In this document: one piece after another, positions 21,018 to 29,704 of the stretch
Layout of the letters: every line of letters starts with the position of its first letter
Numbering within the stretch: position 1 is the first letter of the stretch
Assembly: GCA_963663165.1 (NCBI GenBank)
Contig: OY760175.1
Span: 2,752,001 to 2,816,000, forward strand
DNA: 64,000 nt
Origin: an uncultured Desulfospira sp.
GTDB taxonomy: Bacteria > Desulfobacterota > Desulfobacteria > Desulfobacterales > Desulfobacteraceae
Reading direction: 5' to 3'
Position numbers and translations under genes: made by a program
Notes under the pieces: generated by a model
What the model was told of the DNA's origin: nothing
What the model saw: only the letters and a program-made list of their open reading frames with translations
Database searches by the model: none

Positions 21018-21087
21018 AGCCCCTTAAGTCCGGTTGCCCGGTTTGCCGCGGATAAACGTTAACCCAAGAAGCCCTCAGGATATAAGA

Positions 21088-21792
21088 TTGAACCTGTACA
21101 GAATGATCATCTGGTTGTTTTGCCTTTGTTTCATAATGGCCGGTGCCCTGCCTCTTTATGGGGTAGAAACGCCCCCTGACGGCACCCTGTCCTTATCCGG
21201 AGATAAAAATGCCCTGAGCCTTACGGCTGAGAACGTTCCGGCATCACAGATTATCCGTAAGTTAAAAGAACAGTTTTCCATTGCATTCACCGGCCTTGAC
21301 GACCGGACCGAAAAACGGATTACCCTTTCCTGTTCCGGGCCTTTACTGGATGTTATCCAAAAATTATTAAAAGCGGCCGCCATAGAAAATTATGCGTTTA
21401 CTTTTAACCGGGACCGGTTAACCGGGGTGGGGGTTTTTCCGCAGTCCTCATCACCGGACTCAGATCCATTGCCTGAAGACCCCGCGCCAAAACATTCAAC
21501 GGCGTCCGCCGTCAAGATCCAATCCGTAATCGAAGGCACACAGGCGTCAAGAATCGGGCTTCAACCCGATGATATCATTATTGCCTATAACGGCAAACGG
21601 ATCATCCATGCCCACCGGCTGGTCCACCAGGTCGAAAGAGATGAGTCCAAACCATTGGCCACCCTTGTCATTCTCCGGGATGGAAACCTTGAAAAGTATG
21701 ATATAGACGGCGGGTTTATCGGGGTCCAGGTGGTGACCATCCCCATGGATGCGGAACGGCTTGAAGCCTATTTTGATGACCTGGGGATTTGA
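21088..21792 (+). CDS. Exported PDZ-domain protein
   Basis: Signal-peptide-like N-terminus; VIEGTQASRIGLQPDDIIIAYNG PDZ motif; start uncertain (TTG 21088 or ATG 21103). Confidence 0.7.
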   Translation: MNLYRMIIWLFCLCFIMAGALPLYGVETPPDGTLSLSGDKNALSLTAENVPASQIIRKLKEQFSIAFTGLDDRTEKRITLSCSGPLLDVIQKLLKAAAIENYAFTFNRDRLTGVGVFPQSSSPDSDPLPEDPAPKHSTASAVKIQSVIEGTQASRIGLQPDDIIIAYNGKRIIHAHRLVHQVERDESKPLATLVILRDGNLEKYDIDGGFIGVQVVTIPMDAERLEAYFDDLGI

Positions 21793-21809
21793 TCCTTTGG
21801 GGAAAGTGG

Positions 21810-21845
21810 GAAAGCGGGCTTAACCAGAGCACAGAGCCCGCTTTC
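21810..21845. terminator. Hairpin between convergent genes
   Basis: GAAAGCGGGCT...AGCCCGCTTTC. Confidence 0.6.
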
Positions 21846-21870
21846 AATCCAAGTTGCTTACAGGGGAAGA

Positions 21871-22725
21871 TCAGCCCTCTTTCCTGCCGTCAGGATGGCT
21901 TGTGCCTTTGACCACACCCGGCTCTCCCGTGATAAAATCGGTCTCCATGTAACGGACCACTTCGCTGGTCGGCAATACATTTGCCACTGTCCCCCCGGCT
22001 ACCTTCAGCGCAATTTCCTGATTGGCCGTTGCCGTCGCAACGGCGTCGCTGACCACCACCACATCATACCCGCGGGAGTTGCCGGCAAAAGCTGTACTCA
22101 GAATACATTCATCGGTCCAGAGACCGGCCAGCACAATGGTATCAATACCGGCAGCCTTTAACTTTTCATCCAGATAGGAATTGCCGTTCTCGTCAAAATT
22201 CCAGAACATATCCAGATGTCGGCCATGATAAAACCAGCCGTCGGCAATCTCTTCCCCGGTCGGGGCAATTTCCGCCAAAGGTGCCATCCCGGGGGCACCG
22301 GTAAAAATATAGACCGCATTCTCCGGGTTTTTGGCCAAGCCTTTGGGGCCGTACCAACGGTCCATTGCGTTGCTGATCCCGTCGTCAAACCGGCGGGCCC
22401 AGGCACTCCAGACAATTCGGATGCCGTCACTTTTGGATTGGGCCGCCCTGAAGGAATCCGTAAGTTTTATCAAATGGGGCAGCACATCTCCGGCATAGGG
22501 CCGGTATTCTTCCTGGCAGTCATCTAAAAGCAGGGCCACCCTGCGGGGCCGGTCCGAAAGATTCCAGGACGCCCAAAAGCCGAGCGGCTGCCCATGCGGA
22601 CCGCCCGGTGTGCTGGTGTAGTTATCCATCGGCTTTAGGGCCAGGTCCATGTCGCGATGCCTGCATGGTGCCTGAAGTGCTTCTTTGAGTGTCTGGATTT
22701 TATAGCCATCCATGTTGTTCATCAT
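21871..22725 (-). CDS. Isochorismatase-family cysteine hydrolase
   Basis: ALLLDDCQEEY, GIDTIVLAGLWTDECILSTA, RGYDVVVVSDA; GGAG RBS. Confidence 0.85.
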   Translation of the reverse strand: MMNNMDGYKIQTLKEALQAPCRHRDMDLALKPMDNYTSTPGGPHGQPLGFWASWNLSDRPRRVALLLDDCQEEYRPYAGDVLPHLIKLTDSFRAAQSKSDGIRIVWSAWARRFDDGISNAMDRWYGPKGLAKNPENAVYIFTGAPGMAPLAEIAPTGEEIADGWFYHGRHLDMFWNFDENGNSYLDEKLKAAGIDTIVLAGLWTDECILSTAFAGNSRGYDVVVVSDAVATATANQEIALKVAGGTVANVLPTSEVVRYMETDFITGEPGVVKGTSHPDGRKEG

Positions 22726-22755
22726 CACATTCTCCTGCAAATCGCTAAAATAGTT

Positions 22756-22907
22756 GTAACTATTCAGCTAATGCTGAAAACTAAGCAAAACAAGGGTCCG
22801 TAACTGTTCATCAGTGCTTCATATTTGTTTAGTCAGGACTTCGTAGCATACTGTTGCTATGTGAGAAGGCCTGAATGAGCGAAGATGGGGCACTGCTGAA
22901 CAGTTAC
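22756..22907. mobile_element. MITE, 152 bp, with 13-bp TIRs and an 8-bp target-site duplication
   Basis: Left end GTAACTATTCAGC, right end GCTGAACAGTTAC (1 mismatch); AAATAGTT directly repeated at 22748-22755 and 22908-22915. Confidence 0.8.
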
Positions 22908-23322
22908 AAATAGTTTTTGTTAAAACTATATCTGGGTTGGCAGACCGGTTTCCATTCGCCATTAAGTAAAACATGACCCCCCTTGCGGCCTTTCCGGAAA
23001 CCACTGATATGTTAATTTTATCTTATTTCCAGCATTTATCCCCCGTATACCCATTTAACGCTTTCTAATTCGCAGGTCAAGATATTTATTTCGAACTCAA
23101 TGCATTATTCTGGAACCAATACAATGGGTTTAGCCCTCATCATTCATCCCTCTTTTCTTTTTGAAAACACTTAAAAATTTCAGGGCGATGCGGGGTTTTA
23201 TCTTTGAAAAAGGTCTTAACTGGATAGGAAGGGGCAGGCTGAAAAGCGGGAAAACGAAAAAATGAGCCGGCGGGAGCTGGGCGGCGGGAGGGTATGGCCC
23301 CTTTGGCCCGCCTACCCTTTTT

Positions 23323-24234
23323 TCAACCCAAATGAATCAGCAGGGCTCTGAGTTTTTCCCGGGTCCGGTCAAATTCTTTTTGGAATGCCTTGTTTTCACT
23401 GTTGTCGAATCCGGAAAAATCCATCAGTTCCAGGGTCTTGATCAGATTGAGCTGGTCAAGGATGTGGGTTTCGGCCACCATCCGGCAGGCATTGTTATCT
23501 TTTTCCTTTATTTTCTGAACCAGTTCCGGATTTGCCCCTAAGAATTCCGGCGCGGCATACTCTTTTTCAAGCACATGGTAAATCAGGTGAAACATGCCGT
23601 CTACCCGGCTCATCTTGATCCGGGTGGGGGTGTGGAAAAAAGAAACATTTTTATCCACGTTGACATCCCCACTGTTCAAATACCGGACCCGGTCAAACCA
23701 GTTCAGGGTATAGGTCAGATAATCCGATGGCTGCCAGGTCTCTTTTTTCCAGACATGGGCCTTGGCCGCCTTTTTTAACCCCTCCATGCAGTCCTCGGTA
23801 TTTTCATAGTTATAGGTCCCTAAAAGGGCGCCGGACTGAAAAATATCGATCCCGGGGTTATGGGCTTTGGTGCTGATCTCTGCGCACAAAATCCGATTTT
23901 CCTCGCCAGGGTTTAAAATGATGATCTTGCAGGAGGGATACTGTTTCTCAATGCGGACAAGTTCCGGTGCCGTATCCGGCGGAACAAGGGCATTGGCAGC
24001 ACTTGAAGACAAAAAAGCGGCAAACACAGACGGACTTAAGTCCATTCGCTTTAAGGCGGATTCAAACAGGGGGATTTCCTCACGGCTCATGCCCCGGACA
24101 GGAATTAACCGCCCCTTTTCCATATCCGGTATAAACAATTCCATAATCGCTTCAAGACCGGCCTGCCAGTAGGCGCTTCTCGGGTCCTTATCCTGATCTA
24201 TCCACTGTTTGGCCATTGAAGATATGTCTTTCAT
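23323..24234 (-). CDS. Hypothetical protein
   Basis: 303-aa ORF with AAGGA RBS and host-like codon usage; no motif recognised. Confidence 0.75.
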   Translation of the reverse strand: MKDISSMAKQWIDQDKDPRSAYWQAGLEAIMELFIPDMEKGRLIPVRGMSREEIPLFESALKRMDLSPSVFAAFLSSSAANALVPPDTAPELVRIEKQYPSCKIIILNPGEENRILCAEISTKAHNPGIDIFQSGALLGTYNYENTEDCMEGLKKAAKAHVWKKETWQPSDYLTYTLNWFDRVRYLNSGDVNVDKNVSFFHTPTRIKMSRVDGMFHLIYHVLEKEYAAPEFLGANPELVQKIKEKDNNACRMVAETHILDQLNLIKTLELMDFSGFDNSENKAFQKEFDRTREKLRALLIHLG

Positions 24235-24402
24235 GCCTGGTTCCTTTTTTCCTGAAATTTTTTTCCTTCCGGGCCTGGTAATAAATCAGAAAGGGGCCGA
24301 TGTTGTCAATATAAACATTTTTTCAGGGGTTAACAAAAACATAATATCCCGATAGTTATTCAAAATAATCCCTCTCCTTTTATGGGTCTGTTGCCCATAA
24401 TT

Positions 24403-24526
24403 CAATGTCATTAACTTAAGCGTTAATACAAGAAACTGGATACAAGAAACAAGACAGGGAAGCGCCGTTGGTGCCCATTTTATAAAGTCTGCACGCACGG
24501 CCAGATTTCTTAAGTTAATGGCATTG
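24403..24526. mobile_element. MITE, 124 bp, with 18-bp TIRs and a 10-bp target-site duplication (IS4-like ends)
   Basis: CAATGTCATTAACTTAAG ... CTTAAGTTAATGGCATTG (1 mismatch); flanks GCCCATAATT (24393-24402) and GCCCATAACT (24527-24536). Confidence 0.82.
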
Positions 24527-24583
24527 GCCCATAACTATTAAATAGTCCGGACCTTTGAAAGCATCATCATTGGACGAATTCCG

Positions 24584-24946
24584 TTGCCCAATCCCAAGAG
24601 TGGCCGTAAATCCGAAGTCGTTTTTATTCCCCAAAAGGTGGCAGACCGGCTGCGTGATTATATTGCCGCTGAAAATATCCTGGAGGATAAGCGTATTTTC
24701 CCTCTGGGATATACCCATGCCGGGGAGATCGTTAAAAGCGCCGGCAAGAAAATCGGAATTAATGTAAGGCCACATGATCTCAGGCGGCATGCAGCCACTT
24801 ATGCCAGCCGATCAGGCGTTCCCATTGAAATCGTTTCAAAAATCATTCTCCGGCACGCTAATCTGTCCACGACCCAGCGGTATCCTGGCAAAGTCAGCGA
24901 CACTGAGGCCATGTATTGGATCGAGAATATTTACCGGTTTGGATGA
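24584..24946 (+). pseudogene. C-terminal fragment of a tyrosine recombinase/integrase
   Basis: PKSG, HDLRRH, RHAN, TTQRY; the N-terminal half with the first catalytic Arg is absent. Confidence 0.82.
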
Positions 24947-24956
24947 AACGAGATGA

Positions 24957-25241
24957 TCAAAAGTCTTTGGGCCATTTCATTGAGGTATGCATAACCCTCA
25001 AGATAAAAATGATCCCATCCTTTTCGATATATGGCAAAATGAATGGTAAGCCGCTTATAACCAATTCTCTTGTTCCTGGTACCCTACCGGGTCGCCCCAT
25101 CCCCGGATGCTCACCCAGTGCTTTTGCACTGTCCCATATTTTTTGCCCCACACTTTGCGCTGCCATGGGGCGATCCTCGGTTATATACTTAATGGCATTA
25201 TCCAGGTTTAATAATGCCGTACGGGTCCACTTAACGAGCAT
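24957..25241 (-). CDS. Type II toxin, RelE/ParE family
   Basis: VKWTRTA..HPGMGRPGRVPGTRELVISGLPFILPY..ILRVMHTS; overlaps the antitoxin gene. Confidence 0.9.
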   Translation of the reverse strand: MLVKWTRTALLNLDNAIKYITEDRPMAAQSVGQKIWDSAKALGEHPGMGRPGRVPGTRELVISGLPFILPYIEKDGIIFILRVMHTSMKWPKDF

Positions 25242-25470
25242 CTACACCCCACTGACTAAATGCACTTCTAACCTCCTCGTCTGTGGCAATTTTGCCCTGT
25301 TCAACCTCTGAGAGGCCAGCCTGGATTTCCTGTGCAAACCACTCTTCGTAATCAACAAATTTTTCTATGGCTTGATTAATTATCCAAGATCGGGAACGAT
25401 TGAGAGCCTCTGCAAGATTATCAAGCCGTCCCAATACGTTATCATCAATTCTCACTGTTGTTGGCTTCAT
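25231..25470 (-). CDS. CopG/ribbon-helix-helix antitoxin
   Basis: TTVRIDD..LDNLA..RSRSWIINQAI; acidic C-terminus; upstream of the toxin. Confidence 0.9.
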   Translation of the reverse strand: MKPTTVRIDDNVLGRLDNLAEALNRSRSWIINQAIEKFVDYEEWFAQEIQAGLSEVEQGKIATDEEVRSAFSQWGVDAR

Positions 25471-25951
25471 AAATATCTCCTGTATTTACCTGTATGCTCA
25501 TAGACTACACTGGAACATAAAAAGAAACAAGCACATTGGTTTAAGAATCGATTCCATTCCCAGTTGGGAAAAAATCATGGGGGTGAGGCCACCTATTGGA
25601 TTAGGAATATTTATCCCGGTAAAAATTTGAAAAGAATTGAACTGATCCCAACCCCCAACAATGGAAACGCCAGTGCCCATGAGGTTTTTCGGGGCAATAG
25701 CGACGGGGTATAGACCAAATAAGACCCCGGGGTCACACCCGGGGCTATATTCCGTGACCCCGCCCGGGTCTTTGCTCTGAGCCAGATGAGGTCCTAAAAC
25801 ACAATGATTCTGGATAGTAATCCGAAAGGGACCGGAAGAGTCCCCGGACTATCCCTGTAAGCACTCACTTTTTTGAAATTATGTCTTGAACACTAAAAAT
25901 AAACTTTTATTGGAAGACAAACCTTATATTTTCCATCCTTTTCCCCACTTG

Positions 25952-26569
25952 TCAGGGCTGCCGGATCAAGGCCAGAATCATCTCTTCGACCTTGCCGCCG
26001 ATCCGTTTCATGTGGCCGATCCGCTCCTTGTCTGTCCGGCCCGGATAGTTGCGAAAGGAGATCAGGATGCCGCTTAAGCAGGAAAAAAAGGTGTGGGCAA
26101 GAATTCTTGAATCTTTCTGGCATCCCATTTTATGGAACATGGACTCAAACAGATCCATGAGCAACTGGCCGGCCTGGTTGAGCTTGTCCACGGCCGTCAT
26201 CTCCCGGGAACCGTGAAGGGCAAAATGGGTGATCATCCGCCACTGGGCTTTGTTAACAATATAATAGTCAAGGAACTCGTCTACGGCGGCCTTGATATAC
26301 CCCTCATCAATGGATTCAATCTTTTTTCTTAACCGGTCCACAAAGGCTTTGGCATCCCGGCTGGCAATCACCGCATACAGTTCTTCCTGGCTTTTAAAAT
26401 AGGTGTAAATGGAAGACTTTGAGATGCCGGCCACCTTGGCGATTTCCGCCATACTCACCTGGTCATAGGTTTTGGCCCCGAAGACCTCCCGGCCCGCGTC
26501 AATAATAATCTTCTGTCTTAAATTCCTTTCCTTGGCCTTGAGCCTCCCCAAGGTGGTGTTTTTTCCCAT
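25952..26569 (-). CDS. TetR/AcrR family regulator
   Basis: VSMAEIAKVAGISKSSIYTYFKSQEEL HTH; divergent from the catabolic operon. Confidence 0.92.
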   Translation of the reverse strand: MGKNTTLGRLKAKERNLRQKIIIDAGREVFGAKTYDQVSMAEIAKVAGISKSSIYTYFKSQEELYAVIASRDAKAFVDRLRKKIESIDEGYIKAAVDEFLDYYIVNKAQWRMITHFALHGSREMTAVDKLNQAGQLLMDLFESMFHKMGCQKDSRILAHTFFSCLSGILISFRNYPGRTDKERIGHMKRIGGKVEEMILALIRQP

Positions 26570-26629
26570 ATCCTTCTCCGCCCGGTTTCAAGCCGCCTCA
26601 TGGGGGCTAACCCGTACCGCCCCTTAAGC

Positions 26630-26642
26630 TAACCTATTGATA
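26630..26642 (-). promoter_or_regulatory. IHF consensus site
   Basis: Reverse complement TATCAATAGGTTA matches WATCAANNNNTTR. Confidence 0.5.
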
Positions 26643-26694
26643 AAACCATAATATCTTTGACATACCATAATCGGGCCATTTTCACAAGCCATGG

Positions 26695-26723
26695 TTGACA
26701 ACATGAACAACGTTTTATATAAA
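26695..26723 (+). promoter_or_regulatory. Sigma70 promoter of the ligase-dehydratase operon, with a candidate TetR operator in the spacer
   Basis: TTGACA-17 bp-TATAAA; spacer holds imperfect palindrome ATGAACAACGTTTTAT, and AACAACG recurs about 30 bp downstream. Confidence 0.6.
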
Positions 26724-26785
26724 GACCAGTAAACAACGGTGTATTTTCCGGTTGAACATCACAAAAAAGGAAAAACAAAAGCACC

Positions 26786-28513
26786 ATGACTGATCCCAAG
26801 CCCTGGCTCAAATTTTATTCAGACATTCCCCAAAGCCTGGATTATCCAGACCTGACCATGTACCAGGCCCTGATGAAAACCGTAAACCGGTTTCCGGACA
26901 AAGTGGCCTGGGATTTTATGGGCACCCTTTGCACCTACAAGGAATTTGGCCGGCTGATTGAAAGATGCGCCCATGCCCTGGCAGGCCTTGGCCTCCAAAA
27001 AGGGGACCCCATTACCATATCCATGCCCACCTGCCCCCAGGGCATCATCTGTTTTTATGCGGCCAACCGGATCGGTGCTGTTGCCGCCATGATCCATCCC
27101 CTGTCCACCCAAAGCGAAATCGAATTTTATTTAACCCTGTCCACCTCCACCATGGCATTGACCCTGGATGCCTTTTACGGCAAATTTACCAAAGCCATGG
27201 AACCAACCCCCTGCAACCGGCTTATCCTGACCCAAATTACAGATTTTCTGTCCCCTGTGAAACAGTTTGGATTCTGGGTCACCCGGGGCAGAAAAATCCC
27301 CAAGGTTCCCCGGGACAGCCGGGTGTCCTGGTGGAAGGACATCATGGACACCGCCTTTAAAGAACAGGCTCCTCCAAAAGTTCATGCCGACGATACCGCG
27401 GTTATCCTGTATTCCGGCGGCACCACGGGAAGGCCCAAAGGAATTTTATTGTCCAACGCCAATTTTATCAGCGAGGGCATGATGGTGGCGGCCTGGGGCA
27501 ACCTTACCGCAGATGACGCCATTTTGGCCATTTTGCCCATTTTCCATGGATTCGGACTTGGGGTCTGCGTTAACGGCGCGTTTATGGCAGGAGCCCGGTC
27601 CATCCTGGTGCCCCAGTTCACCCCTGACATCGTGGCAAAGCTGGTCAAAACCAAAAAGCCCAGCTTCATCATCGGGGTTCCCACCCTGTTTGCAGCCCTG
27701 ATTAAAAACAAAACCTTTGCCCGTTCCGATCTGTCCTGCCTGAAAGCGGCATTTTCCGGTGCCGACACCCTGCCCTATGTGGTCAAACAGGGATTTGAGG
27801 AACTGGTAAAAAAACAGGGGGGCCGCACCAAACTTTTGGAAGGATACGGCCTGACCGAGGCCGTGACTGCTGTCATGGCCATGCCCATGGGTCATTACCG
27901 GGAAGGCAGCATCGGGATTCCCTTTCCGGACATGGCTGCCAAGGTTGTTGACCCGGATACCTTAACGGAAAAGCCTGTTGGGGAGGACGGCGAACTGTGC
28001 CTGTCCGGGCCGGCGGTCATGAAAGGATATCTGAACCAGGAAGCTGAAACCCAAAATGTGCTGAAAGTCCATGATGATCAGAAAACCTGGCTTCATACCG
28101 GAGACATGGTTTCCCAGGACAAGGACGGATTCTTTTATTTTAAACTCCGGCTTAAGCGGATGATTAAATCCTCGGGCATGAACGTTTTTCCGGCCCAGGT
28201 AGAGGATGTGATCTATAGCCATGATGCCGTGTCCGCGGTCTGTGTCATCGGGGTTCCTGATCCCGAACAGGTAAAACGGATAAAGGCTTTTGTGGTATTG
28301 CAAAAAGGGTTTGAACCCGGACCTGAAATGGAAGCCGAAATCATTGCCCACTGCCGCAAAACCCTGATTAAATGGAGCTGCCCCAGGGAAATTGAGTTCA
28401 GGGATGCCCTGCCCACTACCCTGGTTGGAAAAATTGCTTTTCACACCCTTGAACAAGAAGAATTAGGGCGGTTAAAGGCCCGGGGGGAATTCACGGGAGA
28501 AGAAAATTCATGA
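26786..28513 (+). CDS. Long-chain acyl-CoA synthetase (AMP-forming, FadD-like)
   Basis: YSGGTTGRPKG, EGYGLTE, WLHTGD, LPTTLVGK. Confidence 0.92.
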   Translation: MTDPKPWLKFYSDIPQSLDYPDLTMYQALMKTVNRFPDKVAWDFMGTLCTYKEFGRLIERCAHALAGLGLQKGDPITISMPTCPQGIICFYAANRIGAVAAMIHPLSTQSEIEFYLTLSTSTMALTLDAFYGKFTKAMEPTPCNRLILTQITDFLSPVKQFGFWVTRGRKIPKVPRDSRVSWWKDIMDTAFKEQAPPKVHADDTAVILYSGGTTGRPKGILLSNANFISEGMMVAAWGNLTADDAILAILPIFHGFGLGVCVNGAFMAGARSILVPQFTPDIVAKLVKTKKPSFIIGVPTLFAALIKNKTFARSDLSCLKAAFSGADTLPYVVKQGFEELVKKQGGRTKLLEGYGLTEAVTAVMAMPMGHYREGSIGIPFPDMAAKVVDPDTLTEKPVGEDGELCLSGPAVMKGYLNQEAETQNVLKVHDDQKTWLHTGDMVSQDKDGFFYFKLRLKRMIKSSGMNVFPAQVEDVIYSHDAVSAVCVIGVPDPEQVKRIKAFVVLQKGFEPGPEMEAEIIAHCRKTLIKWSCPREIEFRDALPTTLVGKIAFHTLEQEELGRLKARGEFTGEENS

Positions 28514-29631
28514 ACGATATTCAAGCCTTTTACGAGGCCGCAGCCCATCCTGAAGCCCAGGCAGCCCGCATCAAATCCAAATCACCTGAAAAAAGGATCA
28601 TTGGCCACGTCTGCTCCTATGCCCCGGAAGAACTCATATATGCGGCCGGATGCCATCCTGTGCGGATCTTTCCGGGAAAAGAGCGGGCCACAGGGCTTTC
28701 CGACACCCACCTTCAGTCCTATTGCTGTTCACTGGTCCGGGGCATCCTTGAGCAGTGCCTTTCCGGACGCCTGAATTTTCTGGACGGTATCATCTTTCCC
28801 CACACCTGTGATTCCATGATGCGGTTAAGTGATATTGTCCGGTTGAACGGACAGACGGCTTTTTTCTCCGATGTGATTTTACCGGCCAAGCTTCATACCG
28901 ACAGTGCCTCAGATTATTTAAAGGCCGTGCTTGAACGGTTCTGCAAAAATCTTGAATCCCATACCGGCCGGGTCATCACAGAAGCGGACCTTAAAGGGGC
29001 GGTCCGCCTTTTTAACGCCATTCGGAAAAACCTTTCAAGACTTTATGAACTGACGGCTCAAACCCCCGGGGTGATGTCGGGAAAAGACCTTTGGGCCATT
29101 GTACAGGGCGCCATGATCATGGAGCGGGGTGAGCTTCTAAAACGGCTTGAGTCCATTGTTTCAACCATAGAACAGGCAAAGGGGATGCCCTTTGACGGCC
29201 CGCGCCTGATCCTGTCCGGATCTGTCTGCACCACGCCGGAAATCTACGGCCTGATTGAAGATTCCGGAGCTGCTGTGGTGGCTGATGACTTGTGTACCGG
29301 GCAGCGGTGGTTTGACGGGCAGATCAATGAGACCCTGCCGCCCCTGGAGGCCTTGACCCGGCGGTACACCCGGCGGCTGATCTGTCCGGCCAAATACGCC
29401 GGGACCCTTGCCCGGGCAGAGCAGCTGGTGGTCATGGTAAAACAACAAAACGCCGACGGGGTGGTTTTCCTGGTCTATAAATTCTGTGATCCCCACGCCT
29501 TTGACATGCCATATCTAAAGGAAGTCCTGGATGAAGCCGGCATCAAAAACCAGGTCATCGAAATAGACGAAGGGCAGCAGAGTACGGGACAGACTGCGAC
29601 CCGGCTGGAAACCTTTATCCAGATGCTGTAA
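28510..29631 (+). CDS. 2-hydroxyacyl-CoA dehydratase/benzoyl-CoA reductase family subunit (HgdB/BzdN-like)
   Basis: APEELIYAAG, PHTCD, DDLCTG, CP, KFCDPH, TRLETFIQML. Confidence 0.85.
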   Translation: MNDIQAFYEAAAHPEAQAARIKSKSPEKRIIGHVCSYAPEELIYAAGCHPVRIFPGKERATGLSDTHLQSYCCSLVRGILEQCLSGRLNFLDGIIFPHTCDSMMRLSDIVRLNGQTAFFSDVILPAKLHTDSASDYLKAVLERFCKNLESHTGRVITEADLKGAVRLFNAIRKNLSRLYELTAQTPGVMSGKDLWAIVQGAMIMERGELLKRLESIVSTIEQAKGMPFDGPRLILSGSVCTTPEIYGLIEDSGAAVVADDLCTGQRWFDGQINETLPPLEALTRRYTRRLICPAKYAGTLARAEQLVVMVKQQNADGVVFLVYKFCDPHAFDMPYLKEVLDEAGIKNQVIEIDEGQQSTGQTATRLETFIQML

Positions 29632-29653
29632 ACCAGGAAACCGTCCATCACCG

Positions 29654-29690
29654 ACAGCTAATGGCTAACCGCTAAAAGCTTATAGCTATC
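29654..29690. repeat. YRGCTAA heptamer array inside the operon
   Basis: CAGCTAA TGGCTAA CCGCTAA AAGCTTA TAGCTAT. Confidence 0.7.
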
Positions 29691-29704
29691 AAAGGAACAA
29701 CCCA

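Noticed and set aside
22800..22907. Long hairpin as an integron attC site
   Set aside because: The ends do not match RYYYAAC/GTTRRRY, there is no cassette array or intI, and TIRs plus a target duplication explain it as a MITE
25721..25870. Assignment to a SAM-I, cobalamin or c-di-GMP riboswitch, or to 6S/SRP RNA
   Set aside because: Only short partial matches; the conserved cores could not be found by eye and no suitable downstream gene is present
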